The position numbers and the translations under genes are program-made. A DNA stretch of 63,980 bases, the filler included, from Asterionella formosa (Eukaryota): the NCBI GenBank assembly GCA_002256025.1. It is 6 parts of 6 records of this genome, joined end to end, with 100 filler letters (N's around TTAATTAATTAA, not from the genome) between each part and the next. Parts side by side here need not be neighbours in the genome. Positions count along the whole stretch, not along the records: positions 21,741 to 32,479 come from NKIB01009190.1; positions 32,580 to 43,316 come from NKIB01009191.1; 4 more parts are not named here. One strand, written 5' to 3'. The notes beneath the pieces were generated by a model that did not search any database, was not told the origin of the DNA, and was given only the letters and a program-made list of their open reading frames with translations. Of the stretch, positions 22,597-35,500 are shown in pieces; position 1 is the stretch's first letter, and the number at the start of each line of letters is the position of its first letter.

Positions 22597-24411
22597 ATGT
22601 TTTACTCTCAAATCATCCTCGCCAAGAAAGGGCCACTTGGCAAGGTTTGGCTCGCTGCTCATTGGGGAGATAAGAAACTAGCTCGGCCACAAATATTCTC
22701 GACTGACATTTCGCAATCTGTGGAATCCATTGTCAATCCCACCGTGCCATTAGCATTACGAGTGTCGGGACATTTGCTACTAGGAGTAGTACGCATCTAT
22801 TCACGGCAAGTCAAGTACCTTATGCATGATTGTCAAGAAGCCATGATTCGGATCAAATTGGCATTTTCCACGCCAAATAATAACAATAATAATAAGGACC
22901 AGGGAGTAGATTTGGACCCGCGCAAATCAGATGCAGCCTTGCAAGTTGCCAACTTTGGACAAGTGTCAGCTGACGATGGGACAGCGCTGTTGGCATTTGC
23001 CATTCCCTTTGATTTGGCCGACTTGACACAAGAAAATGATTGGCAAGTCGCCGAGGATTTTTGTGACTCGCAGCACCTCAATACTATCGCCATGACGTCC
23101 ATGTTGGACGATAGTGTCAACATCACCAACCAAAACAGCACTCGCGAAGAAACTCAAGAAGAATGGACCGCCTTTGATCCGGATGACCGTCATGTCTTTG
23201 ATGTTGATACATCCAAAGTAAGTGATGTCGAACTCGTGCGAGGTGCAGAAGACTCCATGACGACGACAGCGAACGACAGCAACACCAGACCATCCCTCCT
23301 ATCAAGAAGTCCCTTGTTGATGGACGCACCTGTCACACCAAATATGTCGGAAGCAGAATTTCCCATGCCAGACGATGAAATGTCACATATCCCATTTGAA
23401 GACAAAAGAGATACTTCGACATTGGACATGGAATTGTCGCCGTCACCGCAACGAAAGGGAGCATCGATTGGGGGACTCCAAGTATCACCTGAACAGCCCT
23501 CAAACAAGCGAAAACAAGCAGTGGGACCCAAGCGGATGCGAAAGCGACGAAAGGTGGTTGTGGATAATGAGCAGACCGAACTGTCATCGGAACATATTAA
23601 AGCCATGCTCAAGGAGACGGAGGATATTTGTTTATCTGGAAATTGGCACCCTGCGGACTGGGCTGGTGACTCTGAAAAACCAAGGGCGATGGACCTATTG
23701 GCAATTTTGCCTTACGAAAAACTAATGGGCCGACCTCATTTGGGTGATGACGGTGGATTAGCCAAAGAACTATTGACGGTATGGTACAAATCTACTGCCC
23801 CAGTCTTTGGCAAACCCAGAACATTTAGATTGAGAGGCCAACTAGGAAAGGAACTTGAAGCGCAAGAGCAAATGCAACGTGCTGCTGAAGTGGAACTGGG
23901 TCGAAGAGCTGCTGAAGACGATTCAGACGTTCCAAGTGACCAGGAGTCCATCTCGAACAATCAAGAAATCCTGATGGCACCACCTGATGATGAAGATATG
24001 CCGGTTCCAATGGGCGATGACGACGAAATGCCAGCACCTTTTGATGAAGAGGATGCACCTGTTTCACTAGACAGCCCCTTTGCACTCGGTCTAGTGAATG
24101 CGATGGATGTCGAAGACGAGGACGATAGCCGCCAAGCCGCTGGTACCGATTTGGTTTCGGCTAATTCCAAGTGGCACAAACATACCGTCAAAGTATTGGA
24201 CATGTTACAGCGAAACATGCCACAAGACAATGCCCAATTGTCCTACAATGCTCTCAGCAAGGGGTGCTCAAGACGAACAGCTGCATCTGTTTTTTTTGAA
24301 TTGCTCCAACTCAAGACTTGGGATTTTGTTGAGGTGGATCAAGCAGAAAGCTATGGGGATATAGTCATTGCTCCAGGTTTGTTGTTCCATCAGGGGCCTC
24401 CCTCTAACTAG
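22597..24411 (+). CDS. RAD21: Cohesin kleisin subunit Rad21/Scc1 (Rad21/Rec8 family), intronless
   Basis: N-terminus [49 protein letters not shown]-terminal winged helix [27 protein letters not shown]. Confidence 0.96.
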   Translation: MFYSQIILAKKGPLGKVWLAAHWGDKKLARPQIFSTDISQSVESIVNPTVPLALRVSGHLLLGVVRIYSRQVKYLMHDCQEAMIRIKLAFSTPNNNNNNKDQGVDLDPRKSDAALQVANFGQVSADDGTALLAFAIPFDLADLTQENDWQVAEDFCDSQHLNTIAMTSMLDDSVNITNQNSTREETQEEWTAFDPDDRHVFDVDTSKVSDVELVRGAEDSMTTTANDSNTRPSLLSRSPLLMDAPVTPNMSEAEFPMPDDEMSHIPFEDKRDTSTLDMELSPSPQRKGASIGGLQVSPEQPSNKRKQAVGPKRMRKRRKVVVDNEQTELSSEHIKAMLKETEDICLSGNWHPADWAGDSEKPRAMDLLAILPYEKLMGRPHLGDDGGLAKELLTVWYKSTAPVFGKPRTFRLRGQLGKELEAQEQMQRAAEVELGRRAAEDDSDVPSDQESISNNQEILMAPPDDEDMPVPMGDDDEMPAPFDEEDAPVSLDSPFALGLVNAMDVEDEDDSRQAAGTDLVSANSKWHKHTVKVLDMLQRNMPQDNAQLSYNALSKGCSRRTAASVFFELLQLKTWDFVEVDQAESYGDIVIAPGLLFHQGPPSN

Positions 24412-24999
24412 CGAGGGAATTCCATTTTTTGGTCCATGTTTCGCAGAAGGAAGGAGTTTCATAAGTGGCTGAGATCTGTTTAGTAACAAAGTTGCAAATT
24501 TTAAAATCTGATGGGTACAGGGGTACGTCTCTCGAGATGCCAGCTTTTTGAACCTCTGCCAATACAAGTAAGGATGTTTTAGTGTAGCAAAGATAAACCA
24601 GGTCACCTTGATTTTGCCATGGGTTTCAAGAGATTATGTATAAAAACTATCATACGTTTTTTGTTTATAGAAGCACGAAATCCATTGTTGAATACAGCGT
24701 GTATTTCAAATAGTTCCTATGGTACCATACCTACCATGATCATAATTCCTATATTGGTCAGAGAAAACCGGTACTCAATAATTCTGTAAATAACACATCA
24801 CATATTAGACTATCATAAAGGTGTATGAGTTTCATGACCGTGCATTATCAAATACGACTAGTGTAATAGTCGTGAGAGAAGCCTTCGATCGCCATTTATT
24901 CTTTATCGTTCCAATACATCATGAGTTGCTCATCCAAAAATAGCGCACTTCCATCCTCTCGTCGTTGCCGATTCATATGGATCCATTCTTTCATTCAAT

Positions 25000-26725
25000 T
25001 CAGTGTTGCTCCTCTTCTCTTCGCTTACGACGTCTAGACTTTCCTTCCACAACATTGCACCACCATTCAGGAGGCAATTCCTCCATTTTGATTTCCACCT
25101 CTGGCCAGCGCCCCGTTATTCGTTGATATTCCACATCACTCACCACCTGTTGCAATTGGGTCAATACCATATTGCCTACTTGTCCATCCTTGCAACACTT
25201 TTTAAACACCATTTCCACAATGGTCCGCCTGGAATCACACTCTGCCATTTGAGTGGCACACACTTTTAGGAAGGTCCCGTATGTGACTTGGTCCGGACAT
25301 CCAAAGGGAGAAGATTCCAATTCCATCAACACATGATGCGCAATTTCCATAGCCTTGGTTTGTTCGACAACATCTCCATCTGTCCATGCGCAGGCATTCA
25401 TAACAGCGTTGTATGCCACCACATTGGGCTTTAAACTGTTGTTGCCGGCTTCGTACAAATCGTTCATTTCCCGAAATAGTTTCTGTGCTCGTTCAGCCTT
25501 TCCATGAGTTTGACTGCGAGCCCAAGCTAATAATTTTTTGGTGGATTGATGGTGGATTAGTGTGAATAACGAACAAGAGATGGAGATTTAGGAGCACACG
25601 TCCTTATTGTAGAGCGAAAGAACGTACCATTAATGACGGTAGTAAAGGAATGAACATCAGGCCTAACATCTTCATTACCCTCCTCATACAATTGCTTCAT
25701 TAGACATAACACTCCTTCCGCCTTTTGTGCAGCATCTTCTCTTTTACTCTTGGCCCATACATTAATGACACTATTAAAGGATCTAACATTTGGTTTCGCA
25801 TTAATGTTTGCTCCTGATTCGTGCAAGTGTTCCATTTGTCTCAACAACTCTTCTGCTTTTTCCGCTGCATCATCCACCCCACTTTTGGCCCATGCATCAA
25901 TGACAGCATTGTATGACACAGTCGTTGGGGCCAGCATTCTGTTCAAAACTTCTTGTGCTTGTTGTGCTGACCCTTCTTCAGGACAATTGGCCCATGCCGT
26001 AATGACTGAATTATAGTGAAACGAATTAGGCTTGGCTTCCATATTCCCATCATGTTCATAATGCTCTTCCAATTTCGTAAAGACCGCTTCTGCTTGTCGT
26101 GCTTGTCCATTTTTCGCATACGCGGAAATGCATGAATTAAAATTCCTTGCTGATGGGACAATTTCTTTTCCTTGATGGTACAGTTCCATCATTTGGTCCA
26201 GTACTTCTTCTGCCTTTTGTGCATCTCCACTATTGGCATGTGCTTCCATCAATGCTGTATATGTGTGGGAGTTGGGTATAAGAGTATTTGTGGTTGTCGT
26301 ACTTTTCATTTTCGAAAACAATTGTTGTGCTAAAACGCCAGCATCGAGTCGTCCAGATCGTGACAAGGCATTCATAACCTTGGTATAGGATCGTACGTCT
26401 GGAGAGCAGTTCATATCTGTACTCAGTTCTTCCATTCTTGTTAATAATGCAAACGCATTTTCCACAGCATCCAATTCACCAGAAAAGGCCCATGCATCCA
26501 TTAACCAATGAAATGTCTTTTTATCGACTTTTCTCTTTTTTTTGTGAGTCATTGAATTGTTGTTGTTGTTGATAGTGTCGCTATCTTTGGAAGGATGGTT
26601 AGAAGTAGCAGTAGCAGTACTAGTTAGTAAATAAGTGGTACGTTTACGTAAAAACATGACATCTCCCATGGCAGGATTCTTGTTGATATTGGTTGGTCGA
26701 AATGTCGTTGTGCTGGTTCGAAGTG

Positions 26726-26759
<34 letters not shown>

Positions 26760-26909
26760 TTTTGCCGCTGTCATGGACCATACATGATCAGTAGCAGCAG
26801 AAGTCGTTGTAATAGAGCAACGAGTACCATGGGATGGTTGAAATGATGCGACAAAGAAGGATGAAACGAGGACCAAAACGGTTGGAAGAAACGTCGCCGA
26901 GAAACGCAT
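25000..26909 (-). CDS. Pentatricopeptide-repeat protein, probably plastid-targeted; 2 exons (26909-25628, 25526-25000)
   Basis: PPR motifs PDVRSYTKVMNALSRSG, PTTVSYNAVIDAWAKSG and PNVVAYNAVMNACA. The GT..AG intron 25627-25527 joins VIN|AWARSQ in frame. The N-terminus has a signal peptide, a VAS-FQP motif and a Ser/Thr-rich transit peptide. Confidence 0.92.
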
Positions 26910-27000
26910 TATAAAGGTAAGATTGTCTTCTTCGTTGTTCGCTATTTGCTATAGAGGACAGAACAAGAAGGAGAAGGAGGAGGACGAGGATTGGAGTGTG

Positions 27001-27046
27001 GAGAGAGAGAGAATGAATGAATGAATGAATGAATGCATGAATAAAT
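27001..27046. repeat. (GA)n/(GAAT)n microsatellite upstream of the PPR gene
   Basis: gagagagagagaatgaatgaatgaatgaatgaatg. Confidence 0.85.
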
Positions 27047-28069
27047 GAAACAAGGATTGATGGGACAGGAGCACAGGGACCGTCAGGATGCGATCATCAC
27101 ATACGATCATGATTGTGTCAGGGAATACGGAGTTGGTACTACCGTNNNNNNNNNNNNNNNNNNNNNNNNNNNNNNNNNNNNNNNNNNNNNNNNNNNNNNN
27201 NNNNNNNNNNNNNNNNNNNNNNNNNNNNNNNNNNNNNNNNNNNNNNNNNNNNNNNNNNNNNNNNNNNNNNNNNNNNNNNNNNNNNNNNNNNNNNNNNNNN
27301 NNNNNNNNNNNNNNNNNNNNNNNNNNNNNNNNNNNNNNNNNNNNNNNNNNNNNNNNNNNNNNNNNNNNNNNNNNNNNNNNNNNNNNNNNNNNNNNNNNNN
27401 NNNNNNNNNNNNNNNNNNNNNNNNNNNNNNNNNNNNNNNNNNNNNNNNNNNNNNNNNNNNNNNNNNNNNNNNNNNNNNNNNNNNNNNNNNNNNNNNNNNN
27501 NNNNNNNNNNNNNNNNNNNNNNNNNNNNNNNNNNNNNNNNNNNNNNNNNNNNNNNNNNNNNNNNNNNNNNNNNNNNNNNNNNNNNNNNNNNNNNNNNNNN
27601 NNNNNNNNNNNNNNNNNNNNNNNNNNNNNNNNNNNNNNNNNNNNNNNNNNNNNNNNNNNNNNNNNNNNNNNNNNNNNNNNNNNNNNNNNNNNNNNNNNNN
27701 NNNNNNNNNNNNNNNNNNNNNNNNNNNNNNNNNNNNNNNNNNNNNNNNNNNNNNNNNNNNNNNNNNNNNNNNNNNNNNNNNNNNNNNNNNNNNNNNNNNN
27801 NNNNNNNNNNNNNNNNNNNNNNNNNNNNNNNNNNNNNNNNNNNNNNNNNNNNNNNNNNNNNNNNNNNNNNNNNNNNNNNNNNNNNNNNNNNNNNNNNNNN
27901 NNNNNNNNNNNNNNNNNNNNNNNNNNNNNNNNNNNNNNNNNNNNNNNNNNNNNNNNNNNNNNNNNNNNNNNNNNNNNNNNNNNNNNNNNNNNNNNNNNNN
28001 NNNNNNNNNNNNNNNNNNNNNNNNNNNNNNNNNNNNNNNNNNNNNNNNNNNNNNNNNNNNNNNNNNNNN

Positions 28070-29600
28070 TTGCATCATGCCTTGCTCATTCAAGAAGTCA
28101 GAACACAAGGACATAAGATCATGGCGAAGACTGGTGTTGCTCTCTATTAAGCCAAATGCATCTTTTCGACCAGCAGTAAGTGCTGTGTAGCTATTCAACT
28201 TTGTTCCATCAATTAATCGCCTTTCCCAAAGCAATTGAACTAATCCCTTCGATTTTCCTTCCCAACAACCCTCCTTGACCGTTGAAATTTGTGTTGAAGT
28301 TCTTGGCACTTGATATTGTGGACAGAGGAGCAGCAGATCGCTTTTATTCTTCCCTTTTAGTATTGGCTCCCTTAGCAGCAAGATCAAAAATTAATCATGC
28401 ATGACTTCTTCGAATTTCCTTGGGTAATCGAATGATGGTATCATGTCGACTTGCTTCTTGTTCAGTAGGATTCATCCAAAATGGGCCCACATCATCAGGT
28501 TGGAATGTTAGGTGCTGTCTTTGAAAGGGACCAAGGAATCCTGCTTCTTGTTCAATGATTGTAGATCGCATGGGCAAACCTTTTCCACCAAGAGCTTTTT
28601 CATCCTGATTGAGCGAACTCAATAAATCACATCTATGTTTGCTGTATCCACTTGAATGGTCAAATAGATAAACAAACTTATAGTGTGGATGCATCGTCAC
28701 TTTTAGTACATCAATTGTGTCTTCGAATTGACACGCACACCATGTGATTGTAATTCCAGTAGCCATCCCGATTTTCTCCATAATCAAAGTAGACTAAGAA
28801 TGGAGGTTTTTTTGTCAATGGATTCTTCTTTTTGGTCCCATGTACATCAATTGCAGCTTCCTTATCTGCATAACTTGCTCCAAGTCTATTGACATGGACC
28901 ATTGTAAGAATGTTGTCATCGATTTATCTTATCAAGCCATGCTCTTGAGTGATAAATTAACTGATCATTACTCCAGCACCCTCATCTTTTGGTAGTAGGG
29001 GTGTCCACATCTTGGAATTCAAAAAGAACTTTTTGAATATTGCTTCATCCTATCCAACAATCATAGCAACTTGCTCGTCAATTTTCTTTCGCACACTACA
29101 ATTGCCTCCCATTGTTGGAAGTTCCGTTGAGGTATCAAAGTTGTCTGCATGATATTCTAGCTACCATAGGGATTCCATCATTGTCTCTGTAATGAAATCC
29201 AGTATTCTTGACAACTAAACCTTGTGACTATAGAAGTTTAGATTTTTCTGCTGGAAAATGTACCCACTTTGAAGCATTATCCTCTTGCTTGAAGTATTCA
29301 GCAATGAAAATTCGATAGTAGGCTAAGGTGTCTGTCTGCCTTCTCATGACCATCGACAAAGTAATGTTTCCTTTGAGTCTCATACATGAATCCAACTGCA
29401 TGCATCCACCTAGCAATTGTACAAATTGAGATCTTTGTCAAACTATGGTTCAGAAGGAACTGTTCTCTGCTGTTGTTTATTTCACTGTCCTCAAGAACTC
29501 CTGGTCTTGCTGGTAACAAGTCTTCATAGATGTCACAATCATCAGGAACATCTACACCCAAACTCGCAACCTATGTTGGTACTCGCTTTGTGACGCTATT
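28070..29600 (-). mobile_element. Decayed DDE transposase of the Tc1/mariner-IS630-related type
   Basis: Across frameshifts: TIARWMHAVGFMY..HYFVDGHEK; IVG*DEAIFK (first D); LLPKDEGAGVMIS; FDYGENRDGYWNYNHM..QFEDTIDVLK..VYLFDHSSG (second D); WEGKSKGLVQLLWER; CSDFLNE. The third acidic motif would fall in the N gap. Confidence 0.7.
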
Positions 29601-30130
29601 ATTCTTAAGAAAAGAAGCGACATTACTGTTCTAGGGAAACAAAGGAGCAGTAGATCAATTCCTAGAAAATAAAAATAGGTTGTAACAGATTCTCTTGCCT
29701 TGACAGTTGGCTTTATAGAATTTGTCCACCACGGACTGTGCCACTTGCTTGGAATGGTTGGGGGAAGAAATCTTATCGTTTTCCAAAATATTCTATATAC
29801 AATATTAATGGCACCAACTGACAACTATCACAAGTCACCAAGGCATGATGAGAGCAATGCACCTTGGTCAGCAAAATGTAAAACAGATGGTCATTTCTCT
29901 CGGATTTTCCTTCTTATGTCATGAAGGAAATTAGGATCTCCACAATCTATCATGATAAAATGGGACTGCAGTGTTGATGAAAAAACAAAACATGGCTAAT
30001 GGGTAATTCCTTCTCATTGTTAGTATGATTAGGAAATCAAAATTAAGAAAAAGCGCAAACAAATTCAGAATCGGATCACAAGAAAAGGGTAGTTGCAGCA
30101 AGTAGTCAGATAAGTTTAAGAATCAGAGTG

Positions 30131-30254
30131 GAAGGGAGGTGGCGGGAGGCATGCATCAAGAGCATTGAAGGGAAGCGGGATTTGGAAGGCATGCATCAAG
30201 AAGAGCATTGAAGGGAGGCAGGAGTTGGAAGGCATGCATCAAGAAGAGCATTGA
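30131..30254. repeat. ~40-43-bp tandem repeat x3
   Basis: Unit ggcatgcatcaag(aag)agcattgaaggga(a/g)gc(g/a)gga(t/g)ttggaa. Confidence 0.9.
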
Positions 30255-31130
30255 GACTATAGAAAAGGGGAACATTGGCTGTTTAACCGCACAAATGTAG
30301 AATCATAAGAATCATTTTACGATATTAGTAGCAGTAAAATTACAACCTATCTTGTCAACCTATTATTCAATAGCTATTTCGATTAGAATTACCATCATGT
30401 TAGGACAGATATATTTTACAGAATGTTCATCATAGGATAATGCTTTGATAATTATATTGTCGTGTTTTGTTTATTATAAGTAGTATGTTTAACATCATGA
30501 TCATACTTTCTGTATGCATATATCATACATATAACAAAATATGTATCATACAGAGAAAAATTCTGGGCCAGTTGTTATCAAAGGATACCCCTGATCTTAT
30601 AAGTATGATAACTTTTTATATATGAGACAGATGTATTTATGTATCTAGCTAGTATGTGTAATTGCTGTTTATAAAAAATAGACAAAAGAGTCGATCTGCT
30701 AGTCAAATTCAATTATTAATGTTACACTATCTAGTGCTTTGGGTGTGAAATCAATTTCCCAGAAGTGATTAAAATTTCTGAAGATAAAAGTCTTCATTGG
30801 GAAAATCGACAATTTTCCCAATGTAACTAAAAATATTTTGAGTTTCGGGAAATCAAACCTGGAAAACTCAAGTTTCCGATCCGACAAAGAACGGCTTTTT
30901 GGGAAAAAGTGACAGGATCTTTGATTCACAAGTCTTTTTCCGACGTGGTAAGCACTGGCTCAACTTAAAGTTCAAAATATCAATATTTGAACAATACTAT
31001 TTTTTCCGCAAGCACATCTAATAGTAGACATATCACGATGATACTCATAGTGTGTGTAGTAACTCATTCTCGAAGCAAGAATTCAACAAAAATAGATGAC
31101 ATGCTATGATACTTTAACAACTTACTGTCT

Positions 31131-32435
31131 CTAAAAATCATTCATAATGAAAAACAAATATTCAAATGTTTCATTATTCATCTCATCCATGCCTTGGAAG
31201 AACACTGAAGCTGGGTACTCCTCAACCAAGAATTCTACCACATTGAGTGGTGATTGGTTTTCGCATGCCAAATACAAAGGTATCCAATGACAAAAATCCT
31301 CGACCTTCACAGAATCTGGATATTGCTGGACCAAGAATTTCACAACTTCAAGTGGTCCATTGTTCTCGCATGCAAGATGCAAAGGAAGCCTATCATAACT
31401 GTCCGTGACCTTGACAGAATGTGGGTATTGTTGGACAAAAAACTTGATGACGTCAAGTGGTGCATTGTTTAAACACAGTTCGTGCAAAGCAAGCCTTTTG
31501 TTTTTAATATAATAGTTCTTGACCTTGACAGAATCAGGGTATCCTTGGACCAATAACTTTAAGATTTCAAGTGGTGCATTGTTATGGCACGCCCAGTGCA
31601 AAGGAAGCCTTTCAACATGGTCCTTGACTTTGAGAGAATCAGGGTCTGTTTTGACCAAGAATTCCACCACATTCAGTGGTGCATTGTTCATGCATGCCAA
31701 GTGCAAAGGTAGCCAATTACCATAATCCTTGACCATCACAGAATCAGGATATTGCTGGACCAAGAGTTTCACAACTTCAAGTGGTCCATTGTTCTCGCAT
31801 GCATGATGCAATGGAAGCCTATGATAATTGTCTGTTACTGTGACAGCATGTGGGTATTGTTGGACAAAGAACTCTATGACTTCAGGTGGTGCATTGTTTG
31901 CACATACTTGGTGCAAAGCAAGCCTTCTCTGTTCAATATAAACGTCCTCAACCTTGACAGAATCAGGGTATTCTTGGACCAAAAACTTTAAGGTTTCAAA
32001 TGGTGCTTTTTCCCGGCATGCAAAATGGAAAGGAAGCCTTTCATCCTCGTCCTTGACTTTGACAGAATCAGGGAATTTTCGGACCAAGAATTCCACCGCC
32101 TTCAGTGGTGCATTGTTCTCGCATGCATAGTGCAAAGGCAAACGTTTGAACCTGTCCTGAACCTTGACAGAATCAGGGTATAGTAGGACCAAGAATTTCA
32201 CGACTTCAAGTTTTGCTCCTTTCTTACATACATAATGCAAATGAAGAGTATCACCATTTTCCTGGAGATGGACGTATGGGAAATTTTTTTCCAAACTTTG
32301 TCGAATCGCATCAATCGGCGAACCAGCGTGGAGCTCCGCTATCAAAACCTCATACGCTGCTACCGCTGAACGAAAGAAGAGCGCAATGGTGAGATCGACT
32401 GTTTGGTCAGGCACAAGTCGAACATTCTGCTGCAT
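31131..32435 (-). CDS. Ankyrin-repeat protein (10 repeats); 5' end uncertain
   Basis: Repeats LPLHxACxNNAPLEVVKFLVQQYPDSVKVKD of 35-38 aa. Confidence 0.9.
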   Translation of the reverse strand: MQQNVRLVPDQTVDLTIALFFRSAVAAYEVLIAELHAGSPIDAIRQSLEKNFPYVHLQENGDTLHLHYVCKKGAKLEVVKFLVLLYPDSVKVQDRFKRLPLHYACENNAPLKAVEFLVRKFPDSVKVKDEDERLPFHFACREKAPFETLKFLVQEYPDSVKVEDVYIEQRRLALHQVCANNAPPEVIEFFVQQYPHAVTVTDNYHRLPLHHACENNGPLEVVKLLVQQYPDSVMVKDYGNWLPLHLACMNNAPLNVVEFLVKTDPDSLKVKDHVERLPLHWACHNNAPLEILKLLVQGYPDSVKVKNYYIKNKRLALHELCLNNAPLDVIKFFVQQYPHSVKVTDSYDRLPLHLACENNGPLEVVKFLVQQYPDSVKVEDFCHWIPLYLACENQSPLNVVEFLVEEYPASVFFQGMDEMNNETFEYLFFIMNDF

Positions 32436-32479
32436 TCCTGGTCACATACAAATATGAACCATGTCTGATGCTGATGCTG

Positions 32480-32579
32480 NNNNNNNNNNNNNNNNNNNNN
32501 NNNNNNNNNNNNNNNNNNNNNNNTTAATTAATTAANNNNNNNNNNNNNNNNNNNNNNNNNNNNNNNNNNNNNNNNNNNN
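32480..32579. other. Artificial scaffold linker
   Basis: N44-TTAATTAATTAA-N44. Confidence 0.97.
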
Positions 32580-35500
32580 CGTATTCTTTCCATGAACATT
32601 GACGCTTGCCAGCTTCACTTCTGGTGTTTTCTTTTGCGGGATAGAGGGGTCGTCCGCCTCCACAGTTGTTATGTAACGCATTCCGCGACGAGATCGATGT
32701 GTCAATTCACGAAGCAAACCAATCCTCTCCACGTTGCATATATTTGAAGCAGATTCGTGCATCTTGAGTTTCAAACGGTAGTCGCCAACGGCAGCAACAA
32801 GTCGAGGTCGAAGACCCTCAATGTTCATTCCCTGTGGTATACGAGTTACCAAAAGGGCAAGGTCTGCTCCACAAACAGCCGCAGATTCTAGCAATGACCC
32901 GAATAAGGCACCGTCTTCTCTTGCACCTTCTCTAGAATCAGTAGAGCTGTTGCCTTCTAGACAATATTGAATTAATGTGTTCCATAGCACAATTGTGTGC
33001 CTAGTATTTCGTTGGGCATACGATGTTGCAAGCGTAACCGAACTTGCCCCTTTCAAGTAAAGGTCAAGGACTGTTAAGGCGTCACCTTCTGTCTCTTTCC
33101 CATAGTGCTCGATCACATATGCAAGCTCGATTGAGAATGAATGCGGAAAATCACCGCTGCTTTCTTCTCGCTGCGCTTCCAACAGTCGACGAACTTCAAT
33201 GGGGCGGATCCCTCCAAGAGGCAGGGCTGCTTTCAAGAACGAGAGTAGAGGGGTCGTTTTCTGAACAACGTTGTATGACTCTGTTCCTACAAGTGACTTA
33301 GCAGAGTCTCGATCGATAGCGAAGTCTATGTATAGATCCAGATGAGCTCTGTGCAACTCGGTCACTTCTCGAGGTGGGACAGCCGTTGTTGGGAAACTAA
33401 CGTACATTTCAGGTCTCTTCACAAAAATTAAGTGTAAGTACCAATAACGGAGTTTTGGATTCTCGACAAGCTGCTCCGCCACCAAGTTGAGAGGCAGAAT
33501 TTCCTTGCCTTCCTGTAGGTCCAAAGAGTCTGACGTGTCCATTGAAGTTCGCGATTCGATTGATCTGGGAAGAAAGTTCATTTCATCGAGAGGCGGCACG
33601 CAATGCTCGACGAGGAAATCGTCGATACTATCAAGACCAACAAGTCGAATGAGAGAAACTAACGGAGATGATAAGTTGTCTGAATTTGGCAGTAAGTCAG
33701 TGTTCAGCAAACTCTGGTGGAGATGATGATACTCTATCATGGAAAGCACGAATCCATACGGATTCACTCCTGGTGTTTTGTTCCTATTATCAACCCAATC
33801 ATCCCAATGGTTCACGCAATCCACCGCTTCATTTTCAAGCTCTTCTATACTTTTTCTCGAATGAAGACATCCCACTGCCAAGAAAACTTGGAGCGCCTTT
33901 TCGTACCTTCCCATCATTATGTGAAGTTCAGCCAAAGCTTCCATTGCGACACGGTTATCGGGCAAGTCGTTGACTACTGGTAATCGTACAGCATTGCCAA
34001 GAATTGTCATCCGGGAAGAAACTTCAGCGACCATGTCGTCAACATCGAAAAGCGAGTCTGTAGAACCAAACGCGGTCGCGTCCACTGTTTCTATGGAATT
34101 TGCTCCCAGATTTCGCAGTTCACGTCGTGCACCCAATTGCAAATAGCCAGCTGCAGATTGATTGAAACGGCGAGCCAAGGCCTCCTTTCCCTCTTCCAAG
34201 TAATTATTTTCCATTTCTACACCACCCAGCTTACTTTGCTGTCCNNNNNNNNNNNNNNNNNNNNNNNNNNNNNNNNNNNNNNNNNNNNNNNNNNNNNNNN
34301 NNNNNNNNNNNNNNNNNNNNNNNNNNNNNNNNNNNNNNNNNNNNNNNNNNNNNNNNNNNNNNNNNNNNNNNNNNNNNNNNNNNNNNNNNNNNNNNNNNNN
34401 NNNNNNNNNNNNNNNNNNNNNNNNNNNNNNNNNNNNNNNNNNNNNNNNNNNNNNNNNNNNNNNNNNNNNNNNNNNNNNNNNNNNNNNNNNNNNNNNNNNN
34501 NNNNNNNNNNNNNNNNNNNNNNNNNNNNNNNNNNNNNNNNNNNNNNNNNNNNNNNNNNNNNNNNNNNNNNNNNNNNNNNNNNNNNNNNNNNNNNNNNNNN
34601 NNNNNNNNNNNNNNNNNNNNNNNNNNNNNNNNNNNNNNNNNNNNNNNNNNNNNNNNNNNNNNACCCAAAAGAGTTGGTGTAGCTGCAGCTGCCAGTCTTA
34701 ATCGTCGAATCGAGAGTGGTTTCTGTTCACCTACAGATTCAATGGGTGAGATACGCAGTACCGCTCGGAGGAATGCATTTACAAGGTCATTGAATTCGTG
34801 TTTTCGAAGCTGTCTCCGATGTCGAAGTCCGCGATGAAGTGCAAGACCAAACTTATGCCGTGATAAGGAATGTGAAATAGCGTCGTCGATATCCTTTACA
34901 CGAATAGAAACAATGTCTGCTGGTGAGCAAAACACCATAAAGGGTGGGATTGAAGGAGTCTCGGTAGCAGCTATTACTTGCTCTGAATTATTAGGCCGAA
35001 TGATGAATTCATAGTCGTCGCTGTCAACACTTGTTGCATCGTCCTCCTCATTTTTGAACTTATCTATTTCTTCTTCAGTATCTTCAGGCCTAGAGACAAC
35101 AAGTTGGTCATCTTTCGACTCGGACGCTTCTTCCTTCTCAAACGCGACACTGTTCATGTTCCATTTGAGATGTGAATCTTGGAAAACAGCTTTCGCTGCT
35201 GATGCAAAAATGTTGAAGTCAAAGTCTGGGTCCGTAGCAAGAATGCCTTCTTCTTCTGATTCTATGGTATCTTCCATTCGAGGAATGGAAAAAGATGAAA
35301 GCAAAAAGTATGATCCTCCGGACTCTTGCATAACACCATTTGTGGATGCATGAGCATTTGATGGTAAACAAGTGACTGGCAAGACATCAGCATGGATCAC
35401 TGTCCCTCCAGCGCGAGAAATAACTTGCAGTTCCAAATCGTTTGCTCCCACTCCTGCTTCCCTCTGTAAAATTTCAACATCGTCAATCGTTGGTACTAGT

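Noticed and set aside
27045..28387. Long ORFs spanning N gaps (also 34137-34682 and 39859-41090)
   Set aside because: They are open only because of N runs; the hydrolase-GARS 'fusion' frames are artefacts.
30131..30254. CRISPR-like repeat array
   Set aside because: Head-to-tail units with no unique spacers, no cas genes, and a eukaryotic context.
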